Source of the DNA: Kudoa neothunni
Lineage: Eukaryota; Animalia; Cnidaria
NCBI GenBank assembly: GCA_964304625.1
Contig: OZ199839.1
Location: 1,614,093 to 1,678,092, forward strand
Direction: 5' to 3'
Length of the DNA stretch: 64,000 bases
The notes under the pieces are model-generated. The model ran no database searches. It had not been told where the DNA came from and saw nothing but the letters and a program-made list of their open reading frames with translations. The position numbers were made by a program, and so were the translations under genes. Positions 52,268 through 64,000 of this stretch are shown piece by piece. Each line of letters starts with the position of its first letter. Within the stretch, counting starts at the first letter, position 1.

Positions 52268-53503
52268 TTAAAGAAGAATCGAAAAATAATGCAATTTTTT
52301 ATCTGTTTTTTTGCTTTTTTGTAGGTTCTGTTACCTAAATATAATAAAAAAATTTTAAGATTTCAGTAAAATTAAATTTTTGCATCCCCTATAATTGCTT
52401 TTCGTATACCCATTTGAAAAGCTTTTATACAGAATTATTGCATGTTGATTTCAAAATTTGTTAGCTTAAAAATAAAAAAATATGGTACAGATTTGATAAT
52501 TTTGCCGTTGGAATAGTGTTGTCGTTTAATGACTAGTGATATTTGTTATACAGGCTTATTGCTGCATTAATGGATTCATAAAATTTATTTAACCTTATAA
52601 ATTTCATAAAAATACTAAAATAAATATATAATTCTGTCAATATATTAAAAAAAAGTTTAAAATCGTTGAGATCATAGATAATCTTCACCTACGCCAAGGG
52701 AATTTTTCGAGCACCGCCCTACAAGTTTTAATAAGTTGATTTATATCTTATGAAACTAAGATATCATTCATCGTATAATTTTTCCAATTTATCTTAATTA
52801 AACTTTAGGAATAAATTTTAATATCGTAAATTGAAAATATGGCTTTATAATTTGTAAAAGAACACACTAAACATTATCAACATAGATAAGAAAATCTATT
52901 CTAATTATCAAATGATATCTTTACAATTCGCAATATGTTAAAGCCTTTATATTTTATCCTATTTATCTTTTATCAGCCTTGATATTAAAAAATATGGATA
53001 AAAATTTTAATATTTATATTTAAATGTGTATAATTAAGTATTTAATAAATAAAGATTATGAAAATCAATTGAAATATTTCGGAGCCAATAACAAAAAATG
53101 TTCAAAGGCTAAAACAGAAACCTGATATATCATAATTTTTGAAAATAATATACCTAAAATAAAGGAAATAATTAAAATAAATTACAATGATTCCTTTAAA
53201 TGTATATTTTTTGAATTTTTTTAATTCGATATAAATTTAAATAAACAATATTTATTTCATTAAACGGTAACATTTTAAGGATCTCTCTGAATATTAATTG
53301 CCTTGAGTAAAATTCTGTTCTATTTTTTTTCCGAACTCAGTTTGCTATTACGTTGATAACCAAGTTATTTAACCAACTTACAAAAAGTTAAAATTATTGT
53401 ATTATTTAATTATGAAATCAATTTATATTACGATATGTAATAGGTGAGATAATATCTCTTAATATAATCAACGAAACTCGGCCTATATTTTGAAGATTGC
53501 GAA

Positions 53504-54555
53504 ATGCTTGTATGGATAGCTATAATGTTAAGTAATTTATCCTTCTGTATCCATAAATCATCCCAACTAGATTCTATAAATATGAGCGAATATTACCTAG
53601 ACGATCCTGTAAACGTTAAGCAGGCTGATTATTTTATGTTTATTAGATGTTTACTGTAACAGAACTGATTCCATTGAGCGTAATCTCAAAAGGATTCCAT
53701 TTGTACCACATCGAACAAATTGTTCGATCTAATCTTGATTGTGATAATAAACAAGTTTTTCCAAAAATTACCCTAATTTTTATTTTTTGTATATCAAGAG
53801 AGAAATATGTGAAGAAATTGATAAGCAAGCAATTCATGTTCTTAATTCTTTACATTTTCCTTCTCGCATTTGTGGAACTGATGCTAATTGTATGAACAAC
53901 GAAGGTAAATGTTTTGATCTTTTTTCCTCGCATATTTATTACTTTCAAAGTCACTAGCCTGGGATATATGAATCAATATTGCCTCAAATGTTTAGTATAT
54001 GTATATCCTAATATTTAATTAAATTGATTAGATTCTATTAAATTTGGAAAATGATCGAATTGACTATATCATTACTCGTCTCATTATTGATATATTCGCG
54101 GCTAAAAACAGGCTACAACCCATATCGCAAGAGGTATTTCTCTATTTTATGTATATTTATTATTTTAATAATTTACCATGATAGGATCAAGTTAAAATTG
54201 TGGATGTTTTGACGAATAGAAGTACAAACGTTTGTGAAGCACTTACTATATGTTCAGAAAATATTAAGGATTTGGTGATGTACATTTCATCAATTACCCC
54301 TAAAATGTTTAATGATAGAGTAAATCATTTTTTCATAAGGTTTAATTTTCAAACAAATAGATAAGTTATAAGATAAGGTTTCCTATATGCAACATTAATC
54401 CTATGTGTGTAGCTTCAAGGTCTATCCCTGGATTTTTCCCTATCAAGACCAATCCTTTGAGAATGAACGATAGTGACATTAACGCGTTTACTGACAAATC
54501 CACAACTCAACATCTCACAGAAGAGCAACTGGCCTTTGAACCAAGTGGTAATTGA
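53504..54555 (+). CDS. Cys-rich saposin-like protein, paralogue B (8 exons, intact frame)
   Basis: Spliced: MLVWIAIML|NSINMSEYYLDDP|MFTV..NLDCDNKQ|REICEEIDKQAIHVLNSLHFPSRICGTDANCMNNE|VTSLGYMNQYCLKCL|ILLNLE..SQE|DQV..NVCEALTIC..MFNDR|ISYKIRFPICNINPMC..EPSGN*. Intron positions and phases are the same as in paralogue A. Confidence 0.75.
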
Positions 54556-55689
54556 GCGAATTCACCGAATATTAATGGCAATATTTAATTGATATATCTT
54601 CTTCGATCATTATTATATATTCTAAAATATAACGAATCCATAACTCATCGAAAAATATTTAATATATCACTACTAGCTACCATTATATAGCGTTTTATGA
54701 TGCATTCGCTTGCAATTTCTTTTACGTGTCTTCATATTCGTATGTAATCACTAAAAATAATAATAAAAAGATAGAAGTTATTTTTTATTTTGAAACTAAC
54801 ACTCTAATGATCAACAAAACGGGACACCCTAATATTTTCCATATTGAAAATGTATACAAATAATTTAAAAATAATAAATCAAATTTAACACTGAATTATG
54901 ACACAAAGATTCATAGGATGGATCTAATAATTTTAAGAGCTTGTAGTAATTCCTGCGTACATTACACCACACACAGAGATATTTGTCGGTCATACACTTA
55001 ATGAAACTTTTTTTTATCAAAAAGAAGATAAAACTTGTTTATTTCTCATAAAATAATAATACTGGAATATTCTTATTATATTTGCGATAATTAACATAAT
55101 TTTAACAACTGAATCGAAACACGAAATAGTAGAAATTTCAATCGCAACTAAAATTTTGGTCTTATAATAAAAATAAGATGATATTCTAAATGGAACATTA
55201 TTTGATTAAAAAACGTGACCATTTGATTTCTTTTTGATCGCATTTGAAATTAAATGTCCTTATAACTATTCGCTGTCATTTTGTTGTAAATAACGCGTAT
55301 TAATTATTTATCGTATCTATTTATTTCAAAAACTCCTAAGTGATAAACAGTTTAGTAGCTGTTATTTTATAGAAAGCTATCAACTACCGCCCGCTAATAG
55401 ATTGAAAAATCGGAACTGCTTTGACAATTATATCGATTCAGACCGTGTTACTTTAGATTAATTGTTTTATCGCTTTTTAAGCTTTCTTGAATAATTATCA
55501 CATTCAATTTTAATAGAGATAGTTGAAAAAGATTATAGATATACTTTCATAATAAGATAAGTTAAAACAATAAGTTGTTTTTAGTTTATTTTATAATAAA
55601 GTATTCTATTTTTAATATTTTAATTTTTCATTACTTTAACCTTTTCTAATAAAATAAATAACTAGCATTTCTAACCTGATAAATTATAT

Positions 55690-57215
55690 GTAGTTGTGGT
55701 ACTTGCATTAGTGCTCGTGTTTTAACCCATAGGTTCCAAATTAGAGATTCTGGCACCCTAAAGAGGTGAAGACAACAATTCTAGAGGATGTAGAGAACGA
55801 GTTGGTGGGGGCAGTGATCATTTTGTAGATTACTCTGATTAAAACTTAAACAACAATGTGCTTCGAACCAAATAATTGAAAGGACGATGTGATTTTTCTT
55901 TATCTTTACTTAATGAATAATTATTTTAAAATAAAATAGAAAACATTAATTGACAAATTCTAATTCAGACAAGGTCGGAAAATCATGTAATACCAACATT
56001 TTCGTTAGAAATCCATAATTCACATATATCTAAATGACAAATAAAAAATTTCTGAAGTTAGTGAAATTTTTAACATGGCTTGTTTTAATAGAAAAGTTAA
56101 GATAAACAAATATGGGAGTTCCCTAATTCCTGAAAATGATAATTGTCTCCAGCTTTCAAAAAGAGTTTCTTTTCTATGGTATACTTTCGAGAAAAATCAC
56201 AAAAAATAATTTTCACGTTTTATAATATTATATTCTATGTTGCTTTGTTTTCTCACATTCTTAACATATTCATTTAAAATAAATTCACCTCTCATTAAGA
56301 CGCTTAACGCTCAAAGCGAAGTTAGTCAGTATAATGTTTCTCATAATCCATATCAAGATTAGTTTTAGATATGTGGGTGCGAAACTCAAAATGATTAGGG
56401 AAGCATTGTTCTATCATGATTTCCTTAAAAATTGCAAATTATTAAGCTAACTATAAATAATTTTAACTTAATTTTCTTGTATAGATAAAAATATATTTTA
56501 TTTTTGAACTATTCTGTTAAATTGGTTTGCATTATTTATTAGAGTAGTTATAAATATGGCGGAACTTGATAGTTTTACACTCACGATGGGATATTTGATT
56601 TTAACAATTATTTCTTCATTATTATTTAATTGTGATAAATTTTGGCTAAAACTATCAAATGAGGATATTTCACATAATCCATTTTTTAAAAATTTATTTG
56701 TATTTAATTAAATGACGTTGTTCCATTTAACCCAGCGTTTATCTATTAAATTACGAGAAAAAGAATATGTTTAATGAATCGTTTTAATTCATTTTATAAT
56801 AATTATCCAGCCGATGCTATGGAAGGAGTTAAGGAACAGAACTCTAAAGAATATTTTTTATTAGAATGAATTGAACAAGCATTATTTAATTTTAACAAGT
56901 TCCACAATATTAGTAATATGTCATATATTAGCATGACCTAGTGTGGATTCCTCTAGGTAAACATTTCGTTAATAATGTCAAAATAAATGACAATTTGAAC
57001 AAACATGATGAAAAAATGAAAACTTTATTAGAAACTGACAATGCTATTAATTTTATCAGGGGAAAAAACCTAGACGACAGACTACGTGAAATCGAACCAT
57101 TCTTGCGTTTTCTTAGATTATCAAAAATATGCGAATTTTCTCGTTCATGAAATTTAGGAATATTAGAAACATGCTGAAAATTGAAATAACTTCTTCGATC
57201 ATTCATTCATTATAG
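55690..57215 (+). CDS. Possible orphan multi-exon gene (or pseudogene) convergent with MCM6
   Basis: Short AG/GT-bounded blocks with open frames (RFWHPKEVKTTILEDVENEL; DVGAKLKMIREALFYHDFLKNC; HDLVWIPLGKHFVNNVK..NAINFIR). No family recognised. Confidence 0.3.
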
Positions 57216-57432
57216 ATTATTCAAGTAATAATAAAGAACATTGTATTAACCTAACATTTCTACCGAACGAATTATATTTATAATGAATAGGGCGCGAATA
57301 TACACCCCCAGTATTAGGATTAAATAAAAGGACAACATTTTTGATTATACACACACCGATAACATATTAAGCGGCAGAAATCAATAGCCAGCCGATTAGA
57401 ACTGTAGCATTAGTATCGTTTGTTGCTATTTT

Positions 57433-62714
<5,282 letters not shown>

Positions 62715-64000
62715 GATTGATACAAACCACCGTCAAAAAATGCGCTCTAGTTTTCCTGGCGACTATATCCGACATAATCACCGGGAACATATTGGTTGCA
62801 TTCTCAGATTAAATCAATATCCTAACAAATTTGTATTACTTTATGTTTCGTTCATTGGATATTTAAAGATTTCACAATGTTATCTTTATTTGTATATTCT
62901 ATAGTTAATTTCAATTTTTGTAATTTTATTTGATTCTAAACAGGAAACATGAATAATAATTAGATTATTGGAGATTAAAACTAAGTACAATTGTAGTTCA
63001 TTAAAAAATATTTTAGAAGCGTTCATTAGTTACGTACTAGTCATGTATTAACAAAAAATAATAAAATGATAGTTTGGTTTTTTTATTGGAAATATAGTTT
63101 GTAATATTTCAAATTTCTTTATGTGATGTATATAAAAGATTATTTATTTATAGTTATAAATTTGGATTACAATTATAGTTGTTTTTGAAAGACTAATTTC
63201 GGTATTTAAAGATAATAATATCTTTTTATTTAAAACTAAATTAACATCACTACTTAAACTCTCTTTGATTTGATACTTGAGAATTTTACTAACGTTGTAC
63301 CTTCGCAGGCGGCTTTATTCGTAGATTCATGATTCATAAAATCTCCACCTTTTTGATATATTTTATTTGTTTATTAATTTAGTTAATTAAACGATTTCAC
63401 TCATTTCTAGTAATTGATAATCATTATTGAATAATCAAGGCTGGGTAGAATCATTTGTCATTTCAAGCGTTCCTCAAATGGTTGTGTTCTTCGTTATTTT
63501 ATAAACCAACAAGATTTTATAAGTTTTTGAAATATAAAAAGTGGTTTAATTTATTTCAATATAAATATTATTTAAATTTAAACAAATTTCTTGGCTTGAA
63601 GAATATTCCATATGATAGTCTTTTGTCGTGGGTTTTATACTGTATTATGTGGAATCAAATAATTAGATTTTCTTTTTATCTTTATTTAACAAAATAGGAC
63701 CCTATACCCTATATATGATGACGTGGATTTTATATTTAACTGTGAAGAATAAATATAAACTATTATAGAAAAAGAATGAATTTAAAGATAAAAAAAATGA
63801 TTTATTTAATTTACGAAACTATTATTTCAAATTACTTTCAACTTATATGGATTTGAAATGTATTTATTTATTTTCTTTAAGTTAAATAAATTTCATTACG
63901 TAATTATAACTAATTTTTCTTTAGTTATTAAAAAGATTTTTTGCATAGAATATCTCTGTATATAAGAAAATCATATTTATCTATTTAACTTTTTCAATGT

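Noticed and set aside
40272-55735. Isolated TTAA-CCC motifs (40272, 55723) and GGG-TTAA (about 10346) as further piggyBac ends
   Set aside because: No matching partner TIR found, and such motifs are expected by chance in AT-rich DNA.

Overview
Very AT-rich eukaryotic genomic DNA with many short (mostly about 25-70 nt) GT-AG introns, so the six-frame ORF track misses most genes. The compact introns and strongly diverged metazoan-type proteins suggest a reduced parasitic animal such as a myxozoan; this is inference only. Roughly half the window is decayed cut-and-paste DNA transposons, often nested: piggyBac (7 elements, TTAA targets), hAT, Merlin/ISXO2-type, Mutator-like, pogo/Tigger and a probable Helitron. 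No reverse transcriptase was seen. Host genes I could reconstruct by hand are MCM6 (minus strand, one intron swollen to about 2 kb), a very divergent MAEA/Gid9 subunit of the CTLH/GID E3 ligase, and a rhotekin/anillin-like Rho effector. The most novel item is a tandem pair of divergent 8-exon, Cys-patterned, probably secreted saposin-like genes at about 48.1-49.1 kb and 53.5-54.6 kb. Several orphan or pseudogenised multi-exon loci are also present. All coordinates were read by eye and exon boundaries may be off by a few bases.
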